This document shows, one piece after another, positions 17,659-26,710 of a stretch of DNA of 64,000 bases. The number at the start of each line of letters is the position of its first letter. Position 1 is the first letter of the stretch. The notes beneath the pieces are model-generated. The model saw nothing but the letters and a program-made list of their open reading frames with translations. It was not told where the DNA came from and did no database searches. Both the position numbers and the translations under genes were made by a program. Source of the stretch: a virus (taxonomy: Duplodnaviria; Caudoviricetes); IMG/VR virus record IMGVR_UViG_2595698517_000001, positions 1 through 64,000 of that record. One strand, given 5' to 3'.

Positions 17659-18538
17659 CAACAACGTAGACCCCCAATACTTAGAATTAGCAGCAAAAAT
17701 CCTAAAAGAAGGTAATCACAAAGGAGATCGTACTGGAACAGGTACTCGATCATTATTCGGAGCACAAATGCGCTTTGATTTATCTAAAGGGTTCCCGATG
17801 CTAACAACAAAGAAACTCCCGTTCCGAGTGATTGTGGAAGAGCTATTATGGTTTATTAGTGGAAGTACGAACGTTAAAGATTTATTGGACAAGAATGTTC
17901 ATATTTGGGATGATGACGCTTATCGTTGGTACAAAGAATTAGGGCGACCTCTACCGAAGAAAGAATTTTTCGAATGTATTAAAGAGTTCGGCTTTGATCT
18001 CGGAGCTATTTATGGGGCGCAGTGGCGTAACTGGAACAATGAAGGTATTGACCAATTAAAGAACGTCATTGAAGAAATTAAAAAGAACCCTGACTCAAGA
18101 CGACTATTAGTATTGGCATTTAACCCGTCCGTAATCGGTAAGGTTGCATTACCACCATGTCACTATGTATTCCAGTTCTACGTAGCAGACGGAAAGTTAA
18201 GCTGTATGTTCACAATGCGTTCAAATGACGTATTCCTGGGGCTACCGTTTAACATCGCTAGTTATGCTCTACTAGTACATATCGTTGCGAAAATGACAGG
18301 TCTAGCGGTTGGAGAGCTTGTATATTCAGTCGGTGACGTGCATATTTATAACAACCATGTAGAGCAAATAGAGCTACAAATGACTCGTGAGCCTAAACCA
18401 TTACCAACACTTAAAGTGAATGCAGTTCATGAGAATATCGAGGACTATACGATAGACGACTTTGAACTTATCGGTTATGACCCTCATCCAGTGATTAAAG
18501 GCAAAGTGTCTGTGGGATTAAAAGAAGAGGAGAAGTGA
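17648..18538 (+). CDS. thyA: Thymidylate synthase
   Basis: DRTGTGT, YGAQWR, ALPPCH, RSNDVFLGLPFNIASY, HIYNNH. Confidence 0.97.
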   Translation: MTINNNVDPQYLELAAKILKEGNHKGDRTGTGTRSLFGAQMRFDLSKGFPMLTTKKLPFRVIVEELLWFISGSTNVKDLLDKNVHIWDDDAYRWYKELGRPLPKKEFFECIKEFGFDLGAIYGAQWRNWNNEGIDQLKNVIEEIKKNPDSRRLLVLAFNPSVIGKVALPPCHYVFQFYVADGKLSCMFTMRSNDVFLGLPFNIASYALLVHIVAKMTGLAVGELVYSVGDVHIYNNHVEQIELQMTREPKPLPTLKVNAVHENIEDYTIDDFELIGYDPHPVIKGKVSVGLKEEEK

Positions 18539-18542
18539 ATCC

Positions 18543-19163
18543 ATGAAATACACGGATAAGGATAAGAACATGGTCAGAGAAATTAAGATTGCTATTACAG
18601 GTGAGCTTAGATCAGGGAAGACTACGTTACAGAAATACGCTGAGAAGAAGTATGGTGGTTTCGTTCCTTTTGCTTTTGCAGATGACTTAAAAGAGATGTT
18701 TCATGCAGAGTTCCCGCATGTGCCGATGAACCCTAAGCCCCGTAAAGGTTATCAGTTATATGGGCAGCTTATGCGGTTTATCTTTGGTGAGGATTATTGG
18801 ATTAACAAATGTTTCCACAAAATCGAACGAGTGAGACACGCAGCTAAGAATTACAATATCCTGGGCGACCAAGTAGAGTTTATGCCTATGATTACAGACG
18901 CACGACAACCGAATGAGTTCGAACGCTGCTATAAAGAGGGTTATACCCTTATTAGAGTAGAAGCGTCAGAAGAGCTACGAATAGAACGTGCTAAGGCTGA
19001 AGGGGACAAATTCTCTCTAGAAGACTTACAGCACGAGTCAGAGAAGTATATCGCTGAAGCGCCTGTCCATTTTGTCCTGTATAATAACGGTTCGTTAGAG
19101 ACATTATATGCCCAGTTTGATGAGGTTATGACCTATTTGAAAGGGGAGCACTTGAATGGCTAA
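18543..19163 (+). CDS. Deoxynucleoside monophosphate kinase
   Basis: GELRSGKTT, AFADDLKE, ITDARQPNE, HESE. Confidence 0.85.
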   Translation: MKYTDKDKNMVREIKIAITGELRSGKTTLQKYAEKKYGGFVPFAFADDLKEMFHAEFPHVPMNPKPRKGYQLYGQLMRFIFGEDYWINKCFHKIERVRHAAKNYNILGDQVEFMPMITDARQPNEFERCYKEGYTLIRVEASEELRIERAKAEGDKFSLEDLQHESEKYIAEAPVHFVLYNNGSLETLYAQFDEVMTYLKGEHLNG

Positions 19164-19416
19164 ATGGATTGCATATGTATTATTCCTATACTTTGTTTTC
19201 ACTTTACCGATCGTTGTACCGCACTTTCTAGCTAAATATAAAGCGTGGAGAGCTAGTAAACAAGTAGCCTGGGCTCGTGTAACGGAGAGTGGAGAAATCA
19301 TCATGCACGAAGCGGAAGAAGGTACTTACTTCCTTGCAGCAGATGAAAAAGCTATTCCTATTATGATCGATAAAGAAGAAGGCAAGCGTTTATGGGAACA
19401 AGGCAAACCTATATAA
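19156..19416 (+). CDS. Small membrane protein
   Basis: N-terminal TM helix. Confidence 0.65.
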   Translation: MAKWIAYVLFLYFVFTLPIVVPHFLAKYKAWRASKQVAWARVTESGEIIMHEAEEGTYFLAADEKAIPIMIDKEEGKRLWEQGKPI

Positions 19417-19542
19417 TATGCAGGTTTGCGGAGGACTAGACTATAATGTCTAGTTCTTTTTCTATATTTTATTAAAAAGTTGTTGACTAATGTACAACCA
19501 CGGATATATACTAAATACAAGCAGTTGAGAGGAGCTTTACAG

Positions 19543-20031
19543 ATGGAAATATCTATGATAGCAGCGAAAGGAAAAAACAACGAGATTGGCTTAGAGAATA
19601 AGCTGCTATGGCACATCAAAGAGGACTTCGATTGGTTTAAAGAACATACATACAACAAGCCTGTAATTATGGGTAGAGCTACATACGAGAGTATAGGTAA
19701 ACCATTGCCGCATCGCATAAATGTTGTGTTAACCAGGGATGCAAGTTATAACCCTGATCCATCCGTAATAGTGCTTCCAAATGTGGAATCAGTTTTAAGT
19801 GAGTTCAAGAAGTACAGAGAAATAATGATTATTGGCGGAGAAAGCGTATACACGCAGTTTCTACCATTCGCAAACAGATTGTATCTAACTGAAATTGACG
19901 CTGCATTTGAAGCGGACAAGTTCTTTCCTGAATTTCCGTTAGAAGACTACCGTGAGTGCTACGAGCGTAAAGGGGTAGAAGACAAAGGGTATGACTACTG
20001 GTTCAGGGTATACCGAAAAAAATTAAAATGA
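19543..20031 (+). CDS. dfrA: Dihydrofolate reductase
   Basis: IAA...IG..NKLLWHIKED, VIMGRATYESIG.PLP.R.NVVLT, IIGGE; RBS GAGGAG. Confidence 0.96.
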   Translation: MEISMIAAKGKNNEIGLENKLLWHIKEDFDWFKEHTYNKPVIMGRATYESIGKPLPHRINVVLTRDASYNPDPSVIVLPNVESVLSEFKKYREIMIIGGESVYTQFLPFANRLYLTEIDAAFEADKFFPEFPLEDYRECYERKGVEDKGYDYWFRVYRKKLK

Positions 20032-20035
20032 GGGA

Positions 20036-20827
20036 GTGTATCAAATGAGATATGACGATGTAGATGTAAAGTGGGAGTACAATGTAACGGATGCTTTAAC
20101 ATTGGCGGAGAGCCATGAATGGAGCAAAAGTGACGAAATCGACTTTTTAGAAGTTGTACCGATTGTGACAATTGATTCTGATTCTCTACGAATTATCGAA
20201 ACACGACAAGACACGTTCCCGAAAAGCATTATAGAAGAAGCCATGCAATCAGTTTCTATTAGAAACATGGTTGACCGTGATATGGACACAGAAAACTATA
20301 ATATAATCTTAACAGACCTGGAACGATCAGTTATAGTAGCTATTGACCGTAAAACAAATAAGGTTGTCGCCTACGGGAAAATGGTCACTAGACGTGAACT
20401 TAAAATGTTTAATTACTTAACTTACAATCGTATTAAAGTTAAGAAAAGAGACATTGTAGAGGAAATGGGCACAGAACAGAACCCTAAGAAGAAAAAAGCT
20501 TCAGATTTAACGTACGCCCAAACAGTAGGGACTACACAGTTAGAACGTAAACTGAAGAGGGTAGCATTGCATAGCCTTGAGGAAGTTTTAAAAGAAGAGA
20601 AGCCAGGACTGATTCGTTATTTCTATACAGGTCTATTCCCTGACAAAAAGGTTCCTCATAATAAGTCCGAAGCTAAAATGTATGATGAAATGGTAGAGTT
20701 CCTAAGCTACGGTTGGACAGATGCACAGGAACAGTTCGCAACAGAGCTTGTTAGATACTTAGGTGTATTCGAAGGGAACTGGAACGCTTTAGTGAACCAA
20801 AGACGTAACCTTGATGGTGTACGATGA
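20036..20827 (+). CDS. YjbA/MdfA-like (DUF3603) protein
   Basis: Colinear motifs with B. subtilis YjbA as recalled: DVxVxW, HEWxKxD, VP, TD, GxTxxERxxK, YxYT, GWxD, FExxW. Confidence 0.7.
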   Translation: MYQMRYDDVDVKWEYNVTDALTLAESHEWSKSDEIDFLEVVPIVTIDSDSLRIIETRQDTFPKSIIEEAMQSVSIRNMVDRDMDTENYNIILTDLERSVIVAIDRKTNKVVAYGKMVTRRELKMFNYLTYNRIKVKKRDIVEEMGTEQNPKKKKASDLTYAQTVGTTQLERKLKRVALHSLEEVLKEEKPGLIRYFYTGLFPDKKVPHNKSEAKMYDEMVEFLSYGWTDAQEQFATELVRYLGVFEGNWNALVNQRRNLDGVR

Positions 20828-21012
20828 TAGGTGAAATTCACCCATTCAGAGTAATTTGTAGTAATGAAGATGTTGTTGTAGGCGGTATTTTAAAATTCAC
20901 TGACGGGTCTGAGGGTAAGGTTACCTCTATCCGTTCAGTGAAGTTCATTTCAATGACTACTGTTGAAGTGATCGGCAGAGCTAAAACAACGAAGATAGGG
21001 GCGGAGTCGTAA
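20824..21012 (+). CDS. Hypothetical protein
   Basis: ATGA overlap with upstream gene. Confidence 0.65.
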   Translation: MIGEIHPFRVICSNEDVVVGGILKFTDGSEGKVTSIRSVKFISMTTVEVIGRAKTTKIGAES

Positions 21013-21272
21013 TGGAAAAGGGTATGGTTTTTTGGGCAATCGCCTACCAGTTCGAAGAAGATGTGTTCTATGACTTTAAAGCAGAGGACGATACAACAGA
21101 CTTATCTCCAACATGCTTATTGCCTACAAAATCTATGGCAAAGACGTTTATTGAAGAAGAGTTATCAATCCAGTACGTTCCTGTACGAATTACGATCGAA
21201 ACACTTAAAGAGAACGGTATTTGGTCTTACTCACGAGGTCGAGTTGAACGTTGGGACGAAGACGTAGAATAG
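21012..21272 (+). CDS. Hypothetical protein
   Basis: Coupled TAATG start. Confidence 0.7.
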   Translation: MEKGMVFWAIAYQFEEDVFYDFKAEDDTTDLSPTCLLPTKSMAKTFIEEELSIQYVPVRITIETLKENGIWSYSRGRVERWDEDVE

Positions 21273-21282
21273 AGGTGAGTTT

Positions 21283-21516
21283 ATGAGGATGGAAGATGGT
21301 AAGGAGTATCTTGACAAGCTGTATGCACAGCGAAGACAAACGGAATTTGAACTAGAGATACTAGACAAGAACATCGAGCACACTCATAACCGTATAATGG
21401 ATATGTGCCCGCATGAGCATGTAACAGGTAAGATTATCAAATGGTGCCAGGATTGCGGTCATGCGGAGATGTTTTGGTCATTCCCGAAACGAGGAGGTAT
21501 TAATCGTGCTAGGTAG
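21283..21516 (+). CDS. Hypothetical Zn-binding protein
   Basis: CPH...CQDC; RBS GAGGT. Confidence 0.65.
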   Translation: MRMEDGKEYLDKLYAQRRQTEFELEILDKNIEHTHNRIMDMCPHEHVTGKIIKWCQDCGHAEMFWSFPKRGGINRAR

Positions 21517-21877
21517 AAACATTAGAGGTCTGCATGATATAGAAATGTACTTTAAAACCCCTGACGGTACTATAACTACAGTAGGCGAAGTTAAGACTTT
21601 AGTTGCCTATTCAGGTAAAGGTACGAGCAGGTTTCCTTCTATATTTGAAGGTTCTATTACTATTAGAGATGCATCGTTCGAATTAAACGACATCGGTAAG
21701 AAGGTACAAGAGCTTGGATTCAACGAACCCGATGCTTGGACAATATCTACTTTCTATGGTGAAGAAGGTTACAAAAACATTAAGAAACTCGTTAAAATGG
21801 GATTTTCTCCTAGAGCTGCATTTAACATCCACCGTACCAAAGGATCGAGTTGGAAGGAGGGTAAGAATGGACGTTAA
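21506..21877 (+). CDS. Hypothetical protein
   Basis: GTG start after GAGGAGG. Confidence 0.65.
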   Translation: MLGRNIRGLHDIEMYFKTPDGTITTVGEVKTLVAYSGKGTSRFPSIFEGSITIRDASFELNDIGKKVQELGFNEPDAWTISTFYGEEGYKNIKKLVKMGFSPRAAFNIHRTKGSSWKEGKNGR

Positions 21878-22322
21878 GAAGTACGAGTATCAGAAAATAC
21901 CAATCCACCATATATCGGAGGAGCATTACCACGGTACACTAAAAATACAGAAGTTACAGGAGCTAGGGGCAGAAGGGTGGCAATTAGTCACCGTATCAAG
22001 TGGTGAGTGTATATTTGTGCGTGAACGTACAGAGAAACACCCACTTGCAGATGTACGTCCTGCTGTAGCCTGGTTTGCTGCACAGATGGAAGAACAGCTT
22101 AAAAAGAACGACTTTAAAGAAAGTTGGTACAATTGCGATCCTAATTTTTTAAAGTATAAATTAGAAAGTAAGGCAGGCAGCTTTGAGGATAATGTCTTAC
22201 ATCACGGTTTAGCAATCGGTTCTCATCCTGTAGCTGCGATTACTGAAGCAGCACATATTGGGAACTATGCTATGATGGTTGCGACACGAGTGTACCATGA
22301 TGCTACAGGTGAGAAGCTGTGA
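21867..22322 (+). CDS. DUF4177-like N-terminus fused to MazG-like helical domain
   Basis: YEY...LQELGAEGWQLVTV; FAAQME...EAAHIGNYAMM; RBS AAGGAGG. Confidence 0.6.
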   Translation: MDVKKYEYQKIPIHHISEEHYHGTLKIQKLQELGAEGWQLVTVSSGECIFVRERTEKHPLADVRPAVAWFAAQMEEQLKKNDFKESWYNCDPNFLKYKLESKAGSFEDNVLHHGLAIGSHPVAAITEAAHIGNYAMMVATRVYHDATGEKL

Positions 22323-22537
22323 TTTGGTGGATCATAGGAGCGATCATTGCCTACTTAGTTATTGGCGTGATCTTTTGGATTTTTGTGATAGCTACAGACG
22401 GGTGGGGGTCTCTATTTCTATACCCGTTATACGCCCTTCTGTTGATAGTTGGGTGGTTACCTATATATCTCATTAACCTTGCAAAAGAAGTTAGTGAGTG
22501 GTACAAAGAAACTTTTGCAAAACGAGAGGAGAAGTAG
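22319..22537 (+). CDS. Membrane protein
   Basis: Two TM helices. Confidence 0.65.
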   Translation: MIWWIIGAIIAYLVIGVIFWIFVIATDGWGSLFLYPLYALLLIVGWLPIYLINLAKEVSEWYKETFAKREEK

Positions 22538-22539
22538 GT

Positions 22540-22779
22540 ATGTCTGCAAAATACGAAGTAGGAGACGAGTTCCAACTTCAGAAAGGCTCTGATTCTGTGA
22601 ACCTGGTTGTTCTATTTGTACCTCCAATAGATGGGTATGGAGTACAGCACTACTTGTGTTCAGTATATAGCGGGTATAATGACGGAGCTGAACACATGAC
22701 ATTACACCTTAAACAAGAAAAAATAATAGATCGTTTTTTCGAAAAGAGAAAACAACCGTTTATATGGGAGGAGAAATAA
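22540..22779 (+). CDS. Hypothetical protein
   Basis: RBS GAGGAG. Confidence 0.65.
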   Translation: MSAKYEVGDEFQLQKGSDSVNLVVLFVPPIDGYGVQHYLCSVYSGYNDGAEHMTLHLKQEKIIDRFFEKRKQPFIWEEK

Positions 22780-22780
22780 G

Positions 22781-23770
22781 ATGAGTAAAATTCAAACGTT
22801 ACACAAAGCAATGCAGGCGTTAAATGCAGCACACAAGGAAGCAAAAGGTACAATTTTCGAGATCATAGAGGAACTTATCAAAGAGAACAGCGCACTAGTA
22901 GAACATGTCAATAAGCTAGAAATGAAAGTGAAGCAGCTAGAAGCACGTTCAGGAACAGCTTTAACGTTACCTGTACCTAAAGATGAGGAAAGAAGCGCTA
23001 CTCTTACTGTAGAAGTAGACTATGAGAAACAAGAAGTTAAAAAAGTCGAAGAAGAGAGAATGCCTTTAGCGGAAGCTGTCGTATCTACAGAATTAATTCG
23101 TGACTTTAGCCCAACACCTGAGAAACTACAACTTCAACAAGACGTAATGGCTCGATTAGCTGAAGTGTTAGGAATCACTATTAAAGAAAATGCAACAATG
23201 ATCGACCGATACCCTGTGTTGCTAGTTGCAAAAGACAGTACAGGCTCTATGGGTCAATGGGAAACATATATGGCACAATGCGTAGCGCACTGGACAAAAG
23301 CAATGCTACACCTGCACTATGGTAGAAGTGTGGACGCACGCTATATCACATTTGACGCTGAAGGTGTCAGAAAAGCTAACTTTGAAAAGTGTTTCGGTGA
23401 GAGTGAAGGTGTTGGTGCATTAGTATCCCCTGCTATATCAGGGCTTAATAGCATGACAGATGAGTATGCTTACGAAGACTATCACGATGTTTATGTACTT
23501 ATCTTATCTGACGGTGATAACCATTCTGAAGATAACGCAGATATGGTAAGACAGTTAAAACGTCTAGCACCAAAGACTGAACAATTATGGTACGTAGAGA
23601 TGAACCAATATAACCGTATGTCACCTATACTAAGCGCACTTAAACCTAACAAAACTGACAAGCTACCTGAGAACATGTCAGCTCATATCATTCAGAGTAA
23701 ATCGAAAGTGTATGTAGAATTGTTCGAAATGTTCAAGCCTGTAGTAGAGAAGGAGGAAAACAATGGGTAA
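22781..23770 (+). CDS. Coiled-coil plus vWA-like (YhbH/YeaH DUF444-like) protein
   Basis: MIDAS-like DSTGSM and LSDGDN motifs. Confidence 0.65.
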   Translation: MSKIQTLHKAMQALNAAHKEAKGTIFEIIEELIKENSALVEHVNKLEMKVKQLEARSGTALTLPVPKDEERSATLTVEVDYEKQEVKKVEEERMPLAEAVVSTELIRDFSPTPEKLQLQQDVMARLAEVLGITIKENATMIDRYPVLLVAKDSTGSMGQWETYMAQCVAHWTKAMLHLHYGRSVDARYITFDAEGVRKANFEKCFGESEGVGALVSPAISGLNSMTDEYAYEDYHDVYVLILSDGDNHSEDNADMVRQLKRLAPKTEQLWYVEMNQYNRMSPILSALKPNKTDKLPENMSAHIIQSKSKVYVELFEMFKPVVEKEENNG

Positions 23771-24032
23771 GACATTCCTAGTAGAAATACCAGTTGTAAT
23801 GAAACTAGCAGTTTATGTAGAAGACGTAAACACCAGGGAAGAAGCAATTGAAGCGGTACGTAAAGCGGACGTAACTATTGAACCTGTTATCGTTGGTGAT
23901 AAATTCGAAGTAGGGGACTATGAGTGGGACTTCCATAAGCAAGTCGTACAAGGCAACGTATACTACGGTTGTATCAATGAGCAATCAGCCGAACTCGTTG
24001 AAGACGAAGAAGACGAGGAAGAAGAAGAATAA
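23763..24032 (+). CDS. Hypothetical acidic protein
   Basis: RBS AAGGAGG. Confidence 0.7.
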   Translation: MGKTFLVEIPVVMKLAVYVEDVNTREEAIEAVRKADVTIEPVIVGDKFEVGDYEWDFHKQVVQGNVYYGCINEQSAELVEDEEDEEEEE

Positions 24033-24099
24033 ACAGAATAGAAAGCTCTCTCTTATATTAAGGGAGAGTTTTTATTTACGATCAGGAGGATAACACACA

Positions 24100-25278
24100 A
24101 TGGAGATTATTAATAGATACAACCTACAGGTTCAACCATACAAAGACGGAGATAAGAAATGGCAGTCTACCCGTGCAGATAAAGCTACACGTTATGGTCA
24201 CTTTGAAGTGGACAAGCTAGGTACAACATTAGACATGAAAGAAAGACGTACGATCGAACTTTTAAAGATGGCACTACAGCGTGTACAACGCCCTGTATTA
24301 TCATGCAGCTTTGGTATCGACTCTATAGTCCAGTTATACTTAACTCGTAAGGCACTAGCTGAACTAGGCAGAGACCCATCGGACGTAGATATTATTTGGA
24401 ACGATACAGTAAACGAGTTCCCTGAAGTCTGACAATTTGCAAAATTCCTAACTACAGAGTGGAACTTACGACTGACAACAACGAAGCCGAAGCGATCCCT
24501 GAAGAAGATTATTGACGACAACGGAGGTATAACATCCGACTATTTCACAGCTCGTAAGGGTGCTAGACAACATGGTACACCGCTTAGTGAGAAATGCTGC
24601 GGCACATTAAAGCACGAACCAATGAAGAGAGCACTTAAGGAGCATACCTGGGACTTAATCATCGTAGGGTTACGTGCAGACGAATCCTCACAACGTAAGA
24701 TCGCAGGATTACGTGACGGAGAGTTCTTCTACTCAGTCCAGGAGTGGAAAGCCTTAGTTGTCAGACCTATCCTATGGTGGAACGAAGAAGACATATGGAA
24801 CTACGTAGAACAAGAGAAAATCCCTTATAGTGACATATACAAGAAGAATATGATTAAGAACTATCCTGATCCTAAAACGTTAGAACGAATTATAGACGAG
24901 CATAGACTGGTACTTACAGCAGTAGGTATAGACGTGGAACAGCTTAAAGAGCAGCAAATACAAACCGTTACACGTAGACAAGCTATGCTACTCAAGAAAC
25001 TAAAGTTTAGCATGTTCACTCCAAGGGTAGGCTGTATGATGTGCCCTATTCCCGTGAAGTATGGTTACATGCAATGGATGCGTACATATTATCCAAAGGT
25101 CTACAATGCAATGGTACATAACTTAGGATACGGTAAAGCTCTTCTCGATATGATCCCACAAGACGTACAGGACGAGATTAAGGAGTTTACTGGTATAGAC
25201 ATAACTGCTGAGAACGCACATGAACACCTAAAGGAAATCCTAGAAGCGAAACCGTGTACGTTTGACAGCTTCGATTGA
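24100..25278 (+). pseudogene. PAPS-reductase-family protein interrupted by a single in-frame TGA at 24430-24432
   Basis: SCSFGIDS PP-loop, DT..EFPE, then in frame after the stop CCGTLKHEP, GLRADES..R, RPILWW, RVGCMMCP. Confidence 0.85.
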
Positions 25279-25283
25279 TTATC

Positions 25284-25311
25284 AAGTCCCCTCCCTGGGG
25301 GCTTTTTATTT
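25284..25311 (+). terminator. Intrinsic terminator
   Basis: AAGTCCCC-TCCCT-GGGGGCTT followed by TTTATTT. Confidence 0.7.
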
Positions 25312-25409
25312 TGCCCACTACTTACAACTATATTGTATTATATAAATAATAGGATGCAAAGGTGGTACCCTTTTAAAATTTTTGGGTATTATTTTGTGGT
25401 CGGTTGTGG

Positions 25410-25645
25410 CTCATACTGGGCTCTCAGTTTGCTTCCTGTTGCTCTCTACGGGTGCTTATCATGTATTTCTATGTGGGGCTTCGTATGGGGCTTACACGGG
25501 GCGCTAGGGGCTTCTAGTCGGTACTTCCTATGTGAGCTCCTTATGTGAGCCTACTGGGTGCTTATTATGGGGCTTCCTATAGGGGCTTTTCATTGGGGCT
25601 CCATGATCGGGCTTATTGGGAGGGCTGCGTAGGGGCTACTTAGGT
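25410..25645. repeat. Degenerate tandem (TAT/TAG)GGGGCT repeats
   Basis: About 14 variants such as TATGGGGCTT, TAGGGGCTT, TATGTGAGC, CGGGTGCTTAT. Confidence 0.7.
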
Positions 25646-25775
25646 ACCATGACCCCCCGTTTAAGATACCTTCATATTTCACCCTAAAAAATTTTTTGGA
25701 AAAATTTGAGCCTGGGGTAGACCCCTGGTGGGGGGTGGTGCGTCTATATGGTAAAAAATGGTACGGGGTGGGGTC

Positions 25776-25792
25776 TGTCGAATGGTGTCGAA
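25776..25792 (+). promoter_or_regulatory. Tandem Spo0A-box matches
   Basis: TGTCGAA-TGG-TGTCGAA in intergenic DNA. Confidence 0.55.
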
Positions 25793-25826
25793 AAATAGTT
25801 CTTGACAAACAGAAAAAAAGTGACCC

Positions 25827-26138
25827 CTAAATGAAGTCACTCTGTTTGTGTCCTGCTTCTTTCATCGCTCTATCATATCTATCATAACTAGAATTATTAT
25901 ATGTTTTAAACTCTTCACTCTCTTCTAGTTCCTTGTATACATCTTCCAAGCGTTGCTCTGCTTCTATATCTGTCTTGAACCCATCTTCAAAGAGTTCACA
26001 CTCATGACCTAGCGCCCACTCACTAGGGCTATCTCCGTTACCTTCTAGCCACTGTACTTCCACCTCTTCCCCTTCCTCACCAAGGTTTCTTAATACGTTC
26101 TTCCATTCATCTACTGTTAATCGTTTCATATTATACAC
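25827..26138 (-). CDS. Early acidic hypothetical protein
   Basis: RBS AAGGAG. Confidence 0.75.
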   Translation of the reverse strand: MYNMKRLTVDEWKNVLRNLGEEGEEVEVQWLEGNGDSPSEWALGHECELFEDGFKTDIEAEQRLEDVYKELEESEEFKTYNNSSYDRYDRAMKEAGHKQSDFI

Positions 26139-26169
26139 GCTCCTTATATCGTTTTATTTAAATAGTTTA

Positions 26170-26424
26170 TTAATTGTGGTCTTCCTCGAAAAGCTCCTGC
26201 ATGATGATGCATATATTATCCTGGTTGTCAATCACTAAGTTTGTGTTGTTAGGTAGATTGCATAACCCTAATACATCATGGAATTGTTCTACTCTAAACC
26301 CGTTGTCGTGCTCTATATATAAATCTTGTTCAACCCGTGCCCATTCACCTTCATTAGTGACCACCGCATCCAAGTAAATATTAATCCCGTTATTATCATA
26401 GTAAACAGATATTAATTTAGTCAT
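26170..26424 (-). CDS. Early hypothetical protein
   Basis: RBS AGGAG; flanked by ~31-bp direct repeats. Confidence 0.75.
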   Translation of the reverse strand: MTKLISVYYDNNGINIYLDAVVTNEGEWARVEQDLYIEHDNGFRVEQFHDVLGLCNLPNNTNLVIDNQDNICIIMQELFEEDHN

Positions 26425-26437
26425 ATCTCACACGCTC

Positions 26438-26710
26438 CTATATCGTTTTATTTAAATAGTCAATCAGTGCAGGGCATTCAATAGACCTATCATTCACTAA
26501 CTCGCCTAGTATATCCTTTGTTAACGTGCCAATTTCCAAATACATTTCCACTGTAAATCCTGGGCTTTCCTTCCCCTGCATAACCTCTATACAATCGGTT
26601 GCTAGTGTGTACGTATCAAAGGTGACATATCGCACCTGTAGCCCTTTACGTGGATGCATACAATATATACGTATACTATACATATTTATTCCCCTTTCTG
26701 TATATAACAA
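26438..26710 (-). CDS. Early hypothetical protein
   Basis: Internal RBS AAAGGGG suggests a slightly downstream start. Confidence 0.7.
   Translation of the reverse strand: MLYTERGINMYSIRIYCMHPRKGLQVRYVTFDTYTLATDCIEVMQGKESPGFTVEMYLEIGTLTKDILGELVNDRSIECPALIDYLNKTI

Noticed and set aside
24430-24432. Selenocysteine or genome-wide TGA reassignment
   Set aside because: No UCA-anticodon tRNA among the 19 seen, the position is not a catalytic Cys, and TGA ends many ordinary genes (thyA, dfr)
25689-25706. AATTTTTTGGAAAAATTT as a CodY box
   Set aside because: Lacks the central TCWGA core; more likely an A/T-tract palindrome
25333-25808. ORFs 25333-25548 and 25590-25808
   Set aside because: They arise from the low-complexity repeat tract, lack an RBS and have atypical composition
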